Assembly: GCF_009914755.1 (NCBI RefSeq)
Contig: NC_060931.1
Source: the human T2T-CHM13v2.0 reference genome, Homo sapiens
Length of the DNA: 64,000 nucleotides
Direction: 5' to 3' (one strand)
The notes beneath the pieces were generated by a model. The model made no database searches and was not told where the DNA came from. It was given only the letters and a program-made list of their open reading frames with translations. Shown in pieces: positions 29,489 through 47,389 of this stretch; within the stretch, counting starts at the first letter, position 1, and each line of letters begins with the position of its first letter. The position numbers and the translations under genes were made by a program.

Positions 29489-30592
29489 ACCTCGATAGAT
29501 TTTTATGTCCTAACATAGAAGGGCATGAACTACAAAACTACTCTGCCAATTCACTCACTTACTTATAACAAGGACCTTTTTTTCCCACATAAAATTGTGA
29601 ATACTACTTGCTACTATTCTTCCATAATTATCCTTTTGTTCTGGCTACTATCTCAAAGATAGGTAGATAATTTATAGCTGCACACATTACAAACCTGTAC
29701 TTGCCATCATTCTCTCTTTGAATCTGACTCTGAAAAACAGGACTGGCTTCTAGAGGAAGTGGATGGGATTGATTATACTACCAAATAAAGAAGTACTATG
29801 GAGTAGAATTTGGGTGATGGTTAAGAACTGCCTATAGTGTGTATGACAATTTGTCATACTACATATACATATTACATGTGTACATTACATGTGGGGGCCT
29901 AATTTGATGTAGCACATATTAAAGACTATGCAACAGCACTTTTTGTAGCAAATTACATCATATTAGCTGCTAATTCTTTCTTAACGAATGGTAAAAAATT
30001 GGGCAAAAAATGAGTTCTGGAATATGGTATTTCAGTATAAAATCATGTATGCAAATTAATTCATTCTATTTTTAGTTTTTATGCTTCTCATTAGGTCTTC
30101 TTTTCCTCTCTGTTAATGTTAGGTATCTATACTTGTCAATGGACAAAAATGAATTTTTATCAGTGACTTTTTTAGCAATAATAATGTTTTAATAATAACT
30201 TCATTATGCTGCCTTTTCTTTATGTAGCTAAATAATGTGAAAATGGGTGTAATAAATAACATTCTTAAATACATGGGTAAGTTATAAAAAATATGTAGGT
30301 TAATTTAACTCTCTGTTCTCAATAATATTACTCATAACTGCAAGAAATATCACATTTTAAACACAATCTAAAAGAGAACTAAATAAATTTTCAATTAATT
30401 CTCTTAAGACTTGCCCTTTGATCAGCAAGCTTCCCCAATTAAAAATAAAAAAAATCCATAGCTGTTAAATCCACAATTATATTTTGTGACTAACCATTTA
30501 CAATATAATTTCACTACAAAGAACACTTTTCAAGTTATTTTCAACACTTTTAATAGAGCTCTAAACTTTTAATACGAGTAGTTTTTATCCAG

Positions 30593-31593
30593 ACTATCCA
30601 GACTTGTTAACCAACCGTCACTGTGAGTGTAATGAAGGCTTCTACGGGTTTGGAGAGGGAGAATGTGCTGGACGAGCAATTTATCACTTAGCCTCACCAG
30701 CCAAAAGACACTTTGGCTCCCATCAAACCACTTTCAAGAGCCACATTGAAAACAACCAATTTGATAGTGCCACAGGTGTAGTAATTACATCTTTTAATTC
30801 TGCATTTTAACTTTTTTTTCAGCATTTTAGGTTTGATCAGGCTGCCTTCTCATTGGGGAGTGATTTCATTTCTCCCTCTCTTTTTAAAGTTTTCCTTCTA
30901 GGAATTGCATGTACCAGTAAATATTATGATGACCTCATTTCTTTTCTGAAATGAGGTTTTAATTAGCTTTATAGCAATAAAGGAAAATTTATTTTCACCA
31001 CTTTTTATACACACCATTCACATATTTTTGATTTAGTACTGGGAACCCAGGGATATCATCTTATTTTCCCGAATTACTGATTGTTTAATTGTACTCAGTT
31101 TTTTAAAGGTAATATTTCCTATTTTATTAATTATTCAGGTACCAAAACCAGATACAACAGTTACAAATAAAGATGACTGTGGACCAATATTCCATATGAA
31201 TATAGACATATAAATTTTCAGAAATACTAGCAGACTGAATGTAGCAACATATACAAATAATTATACCTCATGACCAAGTAAGATTTTTTCACAAATGCTA
31301 TGATGGCTTAATATCCAAAAATCTACCAATATGTTACATCATATTATTTATCGGAAAATTTTAGACCTTGAAAAGCTCTTATCAGAGTTCAGTTTAACAT
31401 GCTTTCTGCTGAAACCTACTGGGCTTGAATCATCAGTTAACCTAATAATCTCTATGGTGGATCATCAGCTGTGTGGGACTTATATTTTCATATTTTCAGT
31501 AGTTGGTATAGTCATTGGAGAACTGCAGAAAAATCAAAGTGGAATGGATTTTAGGAAATAATTTGGTTCTAACAATTTGTGGCCTGTTCCAAA
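30593..31593 (+). pseudogene. Linker exon (30593-30775) and RGS relic (about 30840-31440) with an L1M fragment at about 31135-31350
   Basis: LGSDFISPSLFKVFLL, then FLF*NEV (TGG>TGA), then after the L1 piece QSSV/FNMLSAETYWA*IIS; donor gtaagt at 31594. Confidence 0.55.
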
Positions 31594-31801
31594 GTAAGTT
31601 TTCCCCACTGTTCTCCAACCATATTTCTAAACTCTCCTGTTTTGTTGAAGTATTAAGAGACCAACATTAATATATTTTTGTGGTCTTAATTCTTCCTATT
31701 ACTCTCCGTTTAAATGTTTTAAACACAAAATTTGCACATAGTTTGATACCAAACATTTTTAATATGACCTGTGAGGCATTGTGTCTTACAGCCCCTACAT
31801 G

Positions 31802-32687
31802 ATAATGTGAAGGAGCTGGCTTGTACCAACTTGCAAGAGCTAAACTTTCAGAAATTTTGTGAGCCGGTTGTTAAACCCAGATATTATTTTAAGATAATTA
31901 TATAAACTTAACATTAAATAGATTATATAACAAACATAGGTAATAAATATTTGAAACTCATCACTTCATAATTATTTGGCTATATTTTATTATTATCTTG
32001 AGGTTACTTATTGTGTCTGTGTCATGGAAATACCATTTAATGGAGTGTTACTGGCAGCTCTTTCCAATTCAGCATTTTATGATGATATGTTGATCTCTTA
32101 AAATTGGCCATGATGGGAATATTTACACCACAGGAGTTGGCAAATGCTAAAAATCAGAACTTGATTTACTGTTTTGTTGACCGTATAGACGTAAGAAAGT
32201 GACAAAAGAAAATATATCATATGGCGCCTACACAATAGTGTGAAGGAGATGCTTTCTTAATAATACAGAGTAAACTTTTAAGTGTCATGTCTATTCCTGT
32301 CACATTGTGAATATCACAAAAAATAAAAAATATGTTTCCAGTTTGGGAAAACTATTCTATAATTCAACAAGGAAGGCCTTTATGTCATTGACCAACAAAT
32401 AAGGTTCAGACGTATATCTTCATTTCACTTTTGGCTTATTAATGGAAATGAAAATATCAACCAACATTAATGTTAAAGCTACACTTGTTAACTGCAGTCA
32501 TAGAACATAAGAGTTCAGCAAAAATCAATAAAATCACTCTGTGAGAACTAATTTGCTATATAGAATTTATAGCAGAGTATTATGCATTTCATTATTCTCT
32601 GTAAATTATTTGCAAATTTGTGCTTTTTTTCCTCAGAGCCAATTCAAAAATCAGGCATAAGAAACTGGGCATAAGAGCACACCACTA
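31802..32687 (+). mobile_element. MER63-family hAT element
   Basis: GAGCTGGCTTGTACC...GAGCCGGTTGTTAAAC start, GCACACCACT end. Confidence 0.7.
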
Positions 32688-32754
32688 TCCCTCCCTACAT
32701 CTAATTCTTGTCTCACACTTCTCTCTGAGCTCTAGGCAAATTCGCTAGTTTTTA

Positions 32755-33750
<996 letters not shown>

Positions 33751-34043
33751 GGTTAGTTCCAGGACCCTCAGCGATACCAAAATTCATGGTTGCTCAAGTC
33801 CGTTATGTAAAATGGTAAGTATTTGCATATAACCTACATACGTTGTCTCATATAATTTAAATCATCTCTACATTATCTATAATACCTAATACAATGTAAA
33901 TTGTATGTAAACACTGTTGTATTATTTAGGGAATAAGAAAAAAGTCTGTACATATTCAGTACAGATGCAACCATTTATTTTTTTCTGAATGTGTTCAATC
34001 AATCCAAATTCATGAATACTTATGGATATGGAGGACTGACTGT
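33751..34043 (-). mobile_element. MER2 fragment
   Basis: Reverse complement of the MER2 core (TTTAAATCATCTCTA...ATACCTAATACAATGTAAAT). Confidence 0.75.
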
Positions 34044-35269
34044 ATTAAGCTTCTTTTCACTTTCTTACACATTACTCTCTCAGAAGAGATTCTCTTCTCT
34101 CCTTATCTGGCCAACATCTGCTCAGCCTTAACAACTTAAAATTTCAGCTTACGTCAGCATAAATACATCTTTATCATTGCAAACAAGAAAAAAAAGCTAT
34201 CCTTTTTTTTGACTTTACACACTACTCAATTTCCACCATAATTTTTTGCAACTTTTCACAGCATCTTATTTTAAAAGCTATTTTTACTGTCTCCCTATTC
34301 TCCCTTTTCATTTTTACTTTAATAAACTCCAAATGAACTGTTTTTTCCAACTTTGCAGCGAAATAGCTCTTGCATGTTACCAATCTCTTGATAACTCCTT
34401 TGTCTTCATCTTCATCTTTCAGCAGCAGTAGATGGTTAACCATTATTGATTTCTTGGGTCACCTTATTGTCTTAACTTCTCTACTACTACACTTCAGTGG
34501 CTTCTACTTCTCATCCTACTTTTCTGGTTTCTTTTGTGACTGATTTCTGAACAATAGATGTCCCAGGGATTGAACTTTGGCTCTTTTTTCTTTCTCCATA
34601 GATAATTTTTTTTTCAATCCTGTGGCTCTGAATACCTGAATACCATCTACTTTTGACTGACTGTCAAATTTGTATCTTTAGCTCCAAACATCCCAGAACT
34701 CTAGGTTATATAATGTGCCACTTGTATCTATAAATTTAAACATCTAATAGGCATCCAAAATTTTACATGTACAAAACAAAGGAATTGGTTTCCACTACCC
34801 TCTCTCCTGAACTGCAAACTTTCTCAAGCCAAAGACACAATATTTATCTACTAGGTATGTCCCTTAAATCCCATATGAAAGTCCACCCGTAAAACTTGTT
34901 AACATTACTAGCAAAACTAATCTAAAATTTTTAGCAGATTGTGTGAATTAGCCTCTAAGTATATCTCCAAAGAAGAACAATACCACACTCTCTTCCTGTA
35001 AGCCATGAGAAATAAATGGTGAGTGACAACATCTTTCAAAAATCATTTATTAACTGTTTTCTCTAAGACAGGGCTGCTCATAATCTTACTCACTGACAGA
35101 AATAAAATTATCAACCAACAAAATGTTAAAGTAAACGACAAACTCCTCCCTCACTTGGTTTCCTGACTTAAGGAGAAAGGGATAGTGTGGAGCAAGGGAA
35201 GATCCTAGAGTTTTTCTTCTTTGCAAAAGCAATATGATATCAAAAGTAATATCAAAACTTAAAAGTTGC

Positions 35270-37800
<2,531 letters not shown>

Positions 37801-40017
37801 CCTGGCTAGAAGATCAGAAGATCAGCTCTATATACTGTCTATACTGGGAAGCCAAAGGTGTGAACTTTATTTCTAAATTTAAATTTAAAAAAATTTTTTT
37901 GAGACAGAGTCTCCAGCTTCAGTCTCCAGGCTTAAGATCATTATTTACAAAGTGAACTTGGAGTTTTTCCCTTTCAATATCCTGTTAGGATTAAATATCT
38001 TTATACCCTAAAAAATAAAAGTACATCTACTATGAAAAAAATCCCATGTCTACATTTTGTTGTGCTTATTGATTTTAAATCAGCATAATATTCATTCAGT
38101 TAATACAATCTTCTCTGATTTAATTTGCATGATTTTATTTCTAGTGCATAAGATTGAACATGGAAAAGTAATTTTTTACATTTCTTCTTTTGCAAATTTT
38201 CTTTACAATTCTTAACATATTAAAGATATTACATATATTACAAATATTTTTATCCATTTTATTAGCCTCATTTTGATTGTTGACATTTTTTGCCATATAG
38301 AAAATTAATTTTTTAAAGTTAACACAACAATCTCTTCTTGGTACTCTTTCCTTTATCTTGGATCTTAGGCCTTGGTAAGACTGCCACCCCTCTTTATCCA
38401 CTAATCACAAGTGAGTAATAACAGCTTTATTTTGTTGCTACATTTTGTATCACGCTTTTGGCTTTTAGCTGTTTCATGACTGGAAAAACCAATTCCCTAT
38501 ATTAAATTCCCCCTGCTTGAAATGCCTAGAATTTTTTTGGTACTTTTAGTTCATTGGAAAATCTCTGGAATTTGTTTCTCTAAATAATATAAGAAAGTTA
38601 ATCATTTTTCTAATGATTTGACCAGCTGTTACAAAAAGAGTTGTTTAATCATCCAATCTTATACTGAGATTTAGAAATGCCTCTTTTAGCAAACACTAAA
38701 TAAATCTGCTTCTGGAATTTCCATTCGTTCCATTAATATTTCCCCATATGTGTGTTCTACACAGTTTGTTAAGATCTTACAATACCTGGTAACTTAAGAT
38801 TGTAATCATTTGATGTAGTTTTCAAAATTGTCTATTGTTTTGTTCCATTCATATTATGTTATTATGTTGTTCTGTTATATTATTCTTTCAAAAATTGCTA
38901 CCATTTTACCAAGTTTGACAGAGTCCTGAGGGTTATTTACAAAAATGACATTATTGTGAAAAGAACTTTCTAATATCCTTTTTTTGCAGCTCTGAACATG
39001 AAATGCTTTCCATTTGTTTAAGTTCTGTTTTAGACATTTGGTATAATTTTGTGATGTTTATTCTGTAGGTTTTTCACTTATTCTTAGATACTACATTTTT
39101 GCTAAAAAGCATAAAATATTTTATATTTTCTCCATCTTATTGGTATTTTAAGAAACTGTTATTTTAAAATGTACTTTATTTAAAAATCAAAGTACAAAAG
39201 TGTACTGAAAATAACATGAGGATGTATCACTTTCCTTTTCTGTTGCTTTATTTTCAAGATTCCTGTCATGTAAAATATTAAATCTCTCCCATATCTTTGG
39301 TCTTATTTTGTATTTTCTATTTGTCATATTTTCTCCTCCTTTATTGTTTGCTGCATTTTATATACCTCATTTTTCTTAAACATTAAAAAAGTGTTTAACT
39401 TTATACAATTTTACAATTACCCCTCCATTTTCTAGCACTGTCTTAAATTTCTTAGAAGATTAGTTTTTAATCTAATTCTTTAACATACCATCTCTTTATT
39501 CACTCTATTCCTTTCTTTTTTTGTGTTGTTTGTCATTTCCATATCTGTTTTTCTTGTTTCTCAATATTTATTTCATACATGTTATCTCCTTATATTTTAT
39601 GCTAAATTGAAGTATAATTTGTTGGCTAAATGTTATATCTCACCATTTCGCTTTTCAGTTAATTAGTAAATCAGTTGCTTCTGCCGTAATGGCTCAGGTA
39701 CCCCAGCCATCTGAGCCAATCATTCAGCATGTGGCATTTTTCCGTCTGCAGGAACTGTTTCAAGAGAAGTTCAGGGAATATAGGCTCAAGCCTCTGATTC
39801 ACTGAGGGTGAGAAGAGTTCTTTCCTGCTGGACATGAATATTTCTTGCAGATGTCTTATGATTAAAGATGATATCAGCCTTAGAACAAAAGTGACACTGT
39901 GAATGGCAGCGAGAAGAAAGACAGAGAGAGACAGAGAGAGAAGAGAGAAAACAATCCCAGAGTAAACCCATCATGAATTATTCTCTGCCTCTGGAGTTTC
40001 ATTTATGTGAGTCGATT

Positions 40018-40202
40018 GTGTCCTCATTGTTTAAGTTTTGCCACTCAAAGAGTCGTCCATGAACTAGCAGCATTGATATTGCCTGGGAACTTCCTAGAAA
40101 TGAAGAGTCTTAGGTCCCATCTCTGACCAACTAAATTACAGTCTACATTTTATCAGAATCCCAAGGTGATTTATATAGACATTAAAATTTGAGAAGCATT
40201 AT
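40018..40202. mobile_element. MER5A
   Basis: CAGCATTGATATTGCCTGGGAACTT...GTGATTTATATAGACATTAAAATTTGAGAAGCA. Confidence 0.7.
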
Positions 40203-40869
40203 CTAAAACTGTGGCTCTCAAAAAATAGTTTATGTATTCCTGAAGCTTTTTAATGTAATTCCATGGAGTCTATGAGGTCAAACCTGTATTCATAATTATA
40301 ATAAGATATTATTTGCCATATCTAGAACACCTGATAGCACAATAATCAACATATTCTTAGTAAAGAATAATGTTGAAGGGAGATCATAGACTAATACTGA
40401 TTTTGAGGTTTTCTCCATCCTTATTCTATAGTGAACCTGCATTTTAATTTTTTTTTCAGCATCTCTTTTATTTTCTTCATATACCAGTAACCTGATTATA
40501 CTTGGAAGGGCCCACTGTTAGTCCATGGGGTTTAGGTATGTGTGACCTCTTGACCTTACTGCTGTCTCTTCATGGATGGAGATGTAACCTGTCTGACTAA
40601 CTAACTCATTTAATTTTCTTGGCCACAGTGATTGATTCAGAAATATGAATCATGTTGGTGCCTTCAGAAGAGGTATTGATGCTTGTTTTTCCTGGAAATA
40701 TTGGGAAGTGAAAGTTCTCTTTGCACAAAGTTTACTTTTAATAAAGATGATTTTAGCTAGTTTGCCAGGAGCTTCCTTTAGAGATGGCTTTCCTGTTATT
40801 GATAGGTATAGAATTTAAATTTAAAATAATTTTTCTCAGAAACTTAAAGCATATTCCATGTTATTGCAG

Positions 40870-41360
40870 ACTGAATTTATTTTGTGAAACAACGGCAAGA
40901 TATGACATTAACTGACAGTGAAAATTTATCAGTTCATATTCATTTCATTCTAGATACTGATATTGATTTTTATTAGTCCTAATAATTGGTAATCGTGAAA
41001 CTATCATTTTTTCATAAGTATTTTCATAAGTATTTGAGTAAAGTTTGAGTAGACATCATAAATATAGATGACCACATACATTTTTGAATTGAAGATTCTA
41101 GTGATCCTTTCTTATTTATTTTTCAATTCTCACTACTTAGCACACTGACTGTTTCACTGTCATTGCTGAAAATGATAAGGTAATTTTGAATATAGGCTTT
41201 GTAACTGCAAATTCTTCTTTTATTACACTGAGCTAATATGTTATTAATCTTGTAATATTTTTTCAAGTTGACATATAGTGTTATAAGAATCCTTAACTAT
41301 AATTTGATTTCCAAGGCTGCAAAGAATATTATGAATACCTTTATAGGAAAGAGTTTTCTC
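40870..41360 (+). pseudogene. RGS exon relics (40870-40988, 41141-41179, 41268-about 41360)
   Basis: SENLSVHIHFILDTDIDFY / HTDCFTVIAENDK (strong splice sites, phase 0-0) / NLISKAAKNIMNTFI. Confidence 0.55.
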
Positions 41361-42779
41361 TAATTTAATAAATATTTATTGTCTACCTAATATATGCTGG
41401 TGAGTAACATGCAATACACAATCTATATACTCAAAGAGAGCCTAGTTTGGTAGATAAGATGGACATACACATACTTTTAACTCTGTTATAAGAGCAGCAG
41501 ATGTAAAACATGGGAGAAATGATTAACTTTATCTGTGATTATGTGAGAAATACAATTGAAGAATATCACAAATGGAGATAGGTGATTATAGGCAAAAGAA
41601 AGGCATGTTCAAATGCACCCAGTATTTGATGCACCAATGCTTGGAAGAACTATGGACAGTTTAGAATTGTTTGAAATAGGGATGGGAGAAGATGAGACTA
41701 AAGAGATTTGCTGAGTCCAGATCAGGATGGATCTTGCATGCCATACAAAGAAATTTAGACTTTATTTGGCTGACCAGTGTTACATACTTTTAAAGAAAAT
41801 CCATTTGAAATATGTAACAAATCTCTCCTAAAACAATTTGAGATTATTGTAGTTTTTACATTCCTTCAGTGCAAATCATTATGTAGGCAAAGAGGTTCCT
41901 TTAAAATGTCTTGCAGAGGATAGAGATGCATTTTTGAAACAATGAGGAGGTACATTAGATGACAGATATGAAAGCTTGACTTACAGCAATGGCTGCAAAT
42001 GGGGAGGTCAACAGATCTGAGCAACTGGAGGGGTTGTTGGATCAACAGGACTTGGATAAATCAGGACTTTGATCTAACTTATTTATTTATATTTAAGTGA
42101 GAAGAAGAAAGCTTTAAAATATTGTTCCCTTAGGGCTCCATATACAATCAGTGGGATTTAGTTTTGCAATATGTATTAATTGAATTTACAAATATAGCAT
42201 CTATAGGCACTTTAGATCATTATATTTATAAACATATTAAATAAATGGGTAGGTGATACTGCCTGATAAAGTGAAATGATGAATTTATAGCTTTCCATTA
42301 GATTTTTCAAAAGGTTCCCACTTCACTTTAAATTAAATGTCATATTTATGTGTAATTTTATACTCCTTGAAGTCTAAGATCTATTGGTTTCAATATTATT
42401 CATATAACAATAAGTTTGTTTTGGTGATACAAAAGACTTTTTAGAACTTGACCATACCCTTTTTCCTGTTTTTCTTCTGTTCTTTAATTTACTTATATCT
42501 TTATCTAAATTGTAATATTAGCATTTTAAATTTTATAACTTGATTGGATAGATCAATACTTACCAATTTCTTTTACGTCATGGCACACCTAGAAAATGAT
42601 ATATACATGCAGTACTTGAAGGGCAGTAGATAAAGATGCTTACTTTTGGAGAGAACAAGCCACATGCTCCAGCCTCCCATACTTTTATCAGAACACCCTG
42701 AAGCTAGAGGAAAACGCTGTCTCCTCACACTCACAGATGTAACTTATCCACATTGGTTGGAATGCTTTGAATTTTGAAA

Positions 42780-44550
42780 TGAAACTTCAAGAGGTTGTGC
42801 TTATGGAATGGACACCCGTGTTGTTCAGCAAGAATTGTGATGGTGTATTGATAGACCACATAACAAAAATGTCAATTTGCTGAAGAAATAGTTGCTAGTG
42901 ATCATGTGGAGATCTTGAAACCTGGTATACAGACAACTCAGGACAACCTACAGTCATTACTGAGGACATGAGTGAAACACATGTTTTATTGATGAAGACT
43001 CAGGAGTCTTTGATAGGATATTATAAATACTGCAATCCAATTTTTTCATTTTATAAATGAGAACACTTGAGACAAAGAAATTGTGTGTCTTGACTAGAAA
43101 GTAAAAGTCTTGAATAGAGGGTAAATGACTGGACTTAAGCTTTTTGAAATCAGGGACATTTTTCTCTTTTGTTAATTACTATATTCTATTGCCTGGTAGA
43201 GTACATAGCACATGGCAGAAGTTTCAAAAATTTTACTGAGTGGATGAATGAATGAATGTATTGTCCAGGGACACATGGTTAGTTGGAGAGCCAAAATGAG
43301 ACTTAAAATCTTCCATCTTCCAGCTCAATGCTTCAATCCACTGTGTATAACATAGTTATCAATATTCTATGAATAATTCATTTTGTGGCATAAGGCACAA
43401 AATGTCATGGACACATTCTAGAATTGAATATTTTAAGAATTTACCTTTCTTCTGTTTTGTAGCAGTTCCTGTCCATCATATTCATAAATAGAAAATAAAA
43501 CATTTAGTTCACCATCAGGCTTATATTTATCTTAACAGATTTCTGTAAATACAGATAATTTAATAAACAACAAAGTTGGTCTTATATAAGCTATTACAAA
43601 TTTTTTTCTCTTTAGTAGTTAGTATCTTTTTAATTTTCTTCAGTGGTTGAATATACTCAGGTTTACATTCATTTCTCATTAATTAGATGGTGAGAGACAA
43701 AACTTGCAATAAATTTTTACCAGTGTATCCTGTTTGCAGGCAATGGAAATCAGAGAAACACTGTTCCTGAAAGCTTCTGTCACTCAAGAATCCATGAAAC
43801 ATTCATGAACTTCACATCAGGTAAAGGTGTCCTTGTTTACATATTTGCAGATTTGCTTATGCATGCCCTCAACAAGATTTCACAAATGTTTATGATCCTA
43901 TGACCATATTAATTATAAATCTGCATGTAGATACTAATGAAAATTTTACCTAACATGTTATTAGTCCATGACTCTTTTTCATGATAATTTATAGCAACCA
44001 AATTGGGAGAAGAAAGCTAAATTGAATTATTAATTATAATAAAATTCAATATGAAAGTTTCCATAAACTATGTCTTGAGAACCACCAGCAACTTGATAGA
44101 TGAATGTGAATTATACTGTTCTCCCTTTCATTGCTTCTTCAGCTAGGCTGTAGTGTTTACAAAGCAGACACTAAAGTTGAGATTTAGCAATTGCCACATT
44201 GTCTGTGACTTTTTTAGATACTGTGAAAAAAGGAAAGATTACAGAGTTTAGAGGAAGGGAAAAACTTGAATGATTTGTTTTAAAAACGCTTTGTTCTGAA
44301 AACCATGAGTTAGTAGGCTTGCGGTTAATACTAGTGAAAGAGTCTGGATTGCGTTATGAAAGGGGTGATTTATTCCCATACAGAGAAGGGTACATTGATT
44401 AATATGAGTTCCTATGTAATTACTTAGAATAAACTTTGCCAAAACCCCCTAGTTTTGTCATTTGGCAAGGTTTTGGTTGGCATAGCAGAAACAGCGTATC
44501 ATGTGTTTAGCTAATCACTTAGTCTTTCACTACATATTTAAAGGCAAAAT
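42780..44550 (+). pseudogene. RGS relics at about 42780-43015 and 44143-44550, plus an 81-nt exon at 43740-43820
   Basis: VLIDHITK/QFAEEI...TQDNLQSLLRT*VK.../FIDEDSGVF; tttgcag|...CAG|gtaaag; LKLRFSNCHIVCDFFRYCEKR...FKNALF*. Confidence 0.55.
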
Positions 44551-44763
44551 AGAGATATGCAGGCAACATAGTTCTAGAAATGAGCAAATTGTGAGCTTGT
44601 TATGCAAATGTAACAAATGGTTCCTACATAGAAGTTGAGCAAATAATTGGGACTTTTGTGTTTAAAATATATTAGTAACTTAAGACATAGAGGCATACTT
44701 ATAAAGCTATCAACATTCATCTAGTCATATAATTTGAATAGAATTAGAATTCAGAAAAGTCTC

Positions 44764-47168
44764 TGATATGGTTTGATTATGTCTCTACCCAAATCTCATC
44801 TTGAATCATAGCTCCCATAATTCCTACTTGTTGTGGGAGGGACCCAGTTGGAGATCATTGAATCACTCGGGCAGTTTCTTCCATACTGTTTTCATGGTAG
44901 TGAATAAATCTCACGAAATCTGATGGTTTTATAAGGGGTTTCCCCTTTTGCTTGGCTCTATTGTCTCTTGCCTGCCACCATGTAAGACGTGCCTTTCACC
45001 TTCTGCCATGATTGTGAGGCCTCCCCAGCCACGTGGAACTGTGCGTCTTTAAATCGTTTTTTTCTTTATAAATTACCCAGTCTTGGTTATGTCTTAATCA
45101 GCAATGTGAAAATGTACTAATATAGTAAATTGGTACCAGGTAGTGGGGCACTGCTGTAAAGATACCCAAAAATATGGAAGTGACTTTGTAACTGGGTAAC
45201 AGGCAGAAGTTGAAAGAGTTTGGAGGGCTCATAGGAAGACAGGAAAATGTAGGAAACTTTGGAAATTCCTAGAGACTTGTTGAATGGCTTGAACAAAATG
45301 CTGATAATAATATAGACAATGAAATGCAGGCTGAGGTGGTCTCAGATGGAAATGAGGAACTTGTTGGGAATTGGAGTAAAGGTGACTCTTGCTATGCTTT
45401 AGCAAAGAGATTGGTGGCATTTTGCCCCTACCCTAGAGATTTGTAGAACTTTGAACTTGAGAGAGATGATTTAGGGTATCTGGCAGAAGAAATTTCTAAG
45501 CAGCCAAGCATTCAAAAGGTAACAGAAGCATTCAATTTTAAAAGGGAAACAGAGCATAAAAGTTTGGGAAATTTGCAGCCTGATGATATGATAGAAGATA
45601 AAAACCCATTTTCTGAGGAGAAATCCAAGCCTGCTGCAGAAATTTGCATAACTAATGAGAAGTCGCATTTTGTTTGTTTGTTTGCGATGGAGTCTTGCTC
45701 TGTCACCCAGGCTGGAGTGCAGTGGTGCAATCTTGGCTCACTGCAAACTCTGCCTCCTGGGTTTGTGCTAGTCTCCTGCCTTAGCCTCCTGAGTAGCTGG
45801 GACTACAGGTGCCTGCCACCACGCCCGGCTAATTTTTTGTATTTTTAGTAGAGACAGGGTTTCACCGTGTTAGTCAGGATGGTCTCGATCTCCTGACCTC
45901 ATGATCCGCCTGCCTCAGCCTCCCAAAGTGCTGGGATTACAGGCGTGAGCCACCGTGCCTGACCAGCTGTGTCCCAGCCATTCTAACCATGGCTAGAAGG
46001 AGTAAAGATACAGTTCGGACTGTGGCTTCATAGGGTGCAAGCCCTAAGCCTTGACAGCTTCCATGTGGTGTTGAGCCTGCAGGTGCACAGAAGTCAAGAA
46101 TTGAGGTTTGGGAACCTTCGCCTAGATTTCAGAGGCTGTATGGGAACACCTGGATATCTAGGAAGAAGTTTGCTGTAGGGGCAGGGCCCTCATGGAGAAC
46201 ATCTGCTAGAGCAATGCGGAAGGGAAATGTGGGGTTGATGCCCTCACAAAGTCCCAACTGGGGCACTGCCTAGTGGAGCTATGAGAAGAGAGCCATGGTC
46301 CTCCAGACCCCAGAATGGTAGATCCACTGACAGCTTGTACTGTGCACCTGGAAAAGGTGCAGACACTCAAAGCAGCTGGAAGGGAGACTGTAAAGCCCCA
46401 GGGGCAGAGATGCCCAAGACCATGGGAACCTACGTCGTGTATCAGCATGACCTGGATGTGAAACATGAAGTCAAAGGAGATCATTTTGAAGCTTTAAGAT
46501 TTGACTGCCCCACTAGATTTCAGACTTGCATGGGGCCTTTAGCCCCTTCATTTTAGCCAGTTTCTCCCATTTGGAATGGCTATATTTATCCAATGTGTGC
46601 ACCCCCATTGTATCTAGGAAGTAACTAACATGCTTTTGATTTTACAGGCTTATAGGCAGAAGGGACTTGCCTTGTCACAGATGAGACTTTAGACTGTGGA
46701 CTTTTGAGTTAATGCTGAAATGAGTTAAGACTTTGGGGGACTGTTGGCAAGGCATGATTTGTTTTGAAATGTGAGGACATGAAATTTGGTAGGAACCAGG
46801 GTGGAATGATATGGTTTGGTTGTGTCCCCACTCAAATGTCATCTTGAATTTTAGCTCCCATGATCTCCATATGTTGTGGGAGGGACCCAGTGTGAGATAA
46901 TTTAATCATGGGGGCAGTTTTCTCCATACTGTTCTCGTGGTAGTGAATAAGTCTCATGAGATCTGATGATTTTATAAGGGGTTTCCCCCTTTGCTTGGCT
47001 GTCATTCTGTCTTGCCTGCTACCATGTAAGACATGCCTTTCACCTTCTGCCATGATTGTGAGGCCTCTCCAGCCACGTGAAACTGTGAGTCAAACAAGAC
47101 TCTTTTTCTTTATAAATTATCCAGTCTCAGATATATCTTAACCAGCAGTATGAAAATGGACTAATACA
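44764..47168 (+). mobile_element. Full-length THE1C/D MaLR (LTR 44764-45124, internal region, LTR 46807-47168) with an AluY at 45668-45964 (minus)
   Basis: Two TGATATGG...CTAATA(T/C)A LTRs and THE1 internal sequence; TSD GTCTC/GCCTA (ancestral GTCTC kept in a nearby copy). Confidence 0.92.
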
Positions 47169-47389
47169 GCCTATAAAGTGGGAAATACTGGACTGAATTA
47201 AGTGAGAAAGTATTTATATGAAACGTCCAGAATAGACAAATCCATACAGATAGAAAGTAGATTACAGATTGCTAAGGGGTGAGGGATGTGGGGAATGGGA
47301 AGTGACTACCAATTAATGGTTTATTTTTGTAGTGACAAAAATGTCTTGGAAGTAGATAATGGTGATGGTTGCACAACTTTGTCAATATA

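Noticed and set aside
30604-30810. ORF containing CECNEGFYGFGEGEC, resembling the end of an EGF domain
   Set aside because: The first EGF cysteines are absent, and another frame fits the 183-nt phase 0-0 exon; treated as chance, though not excluded without a search.
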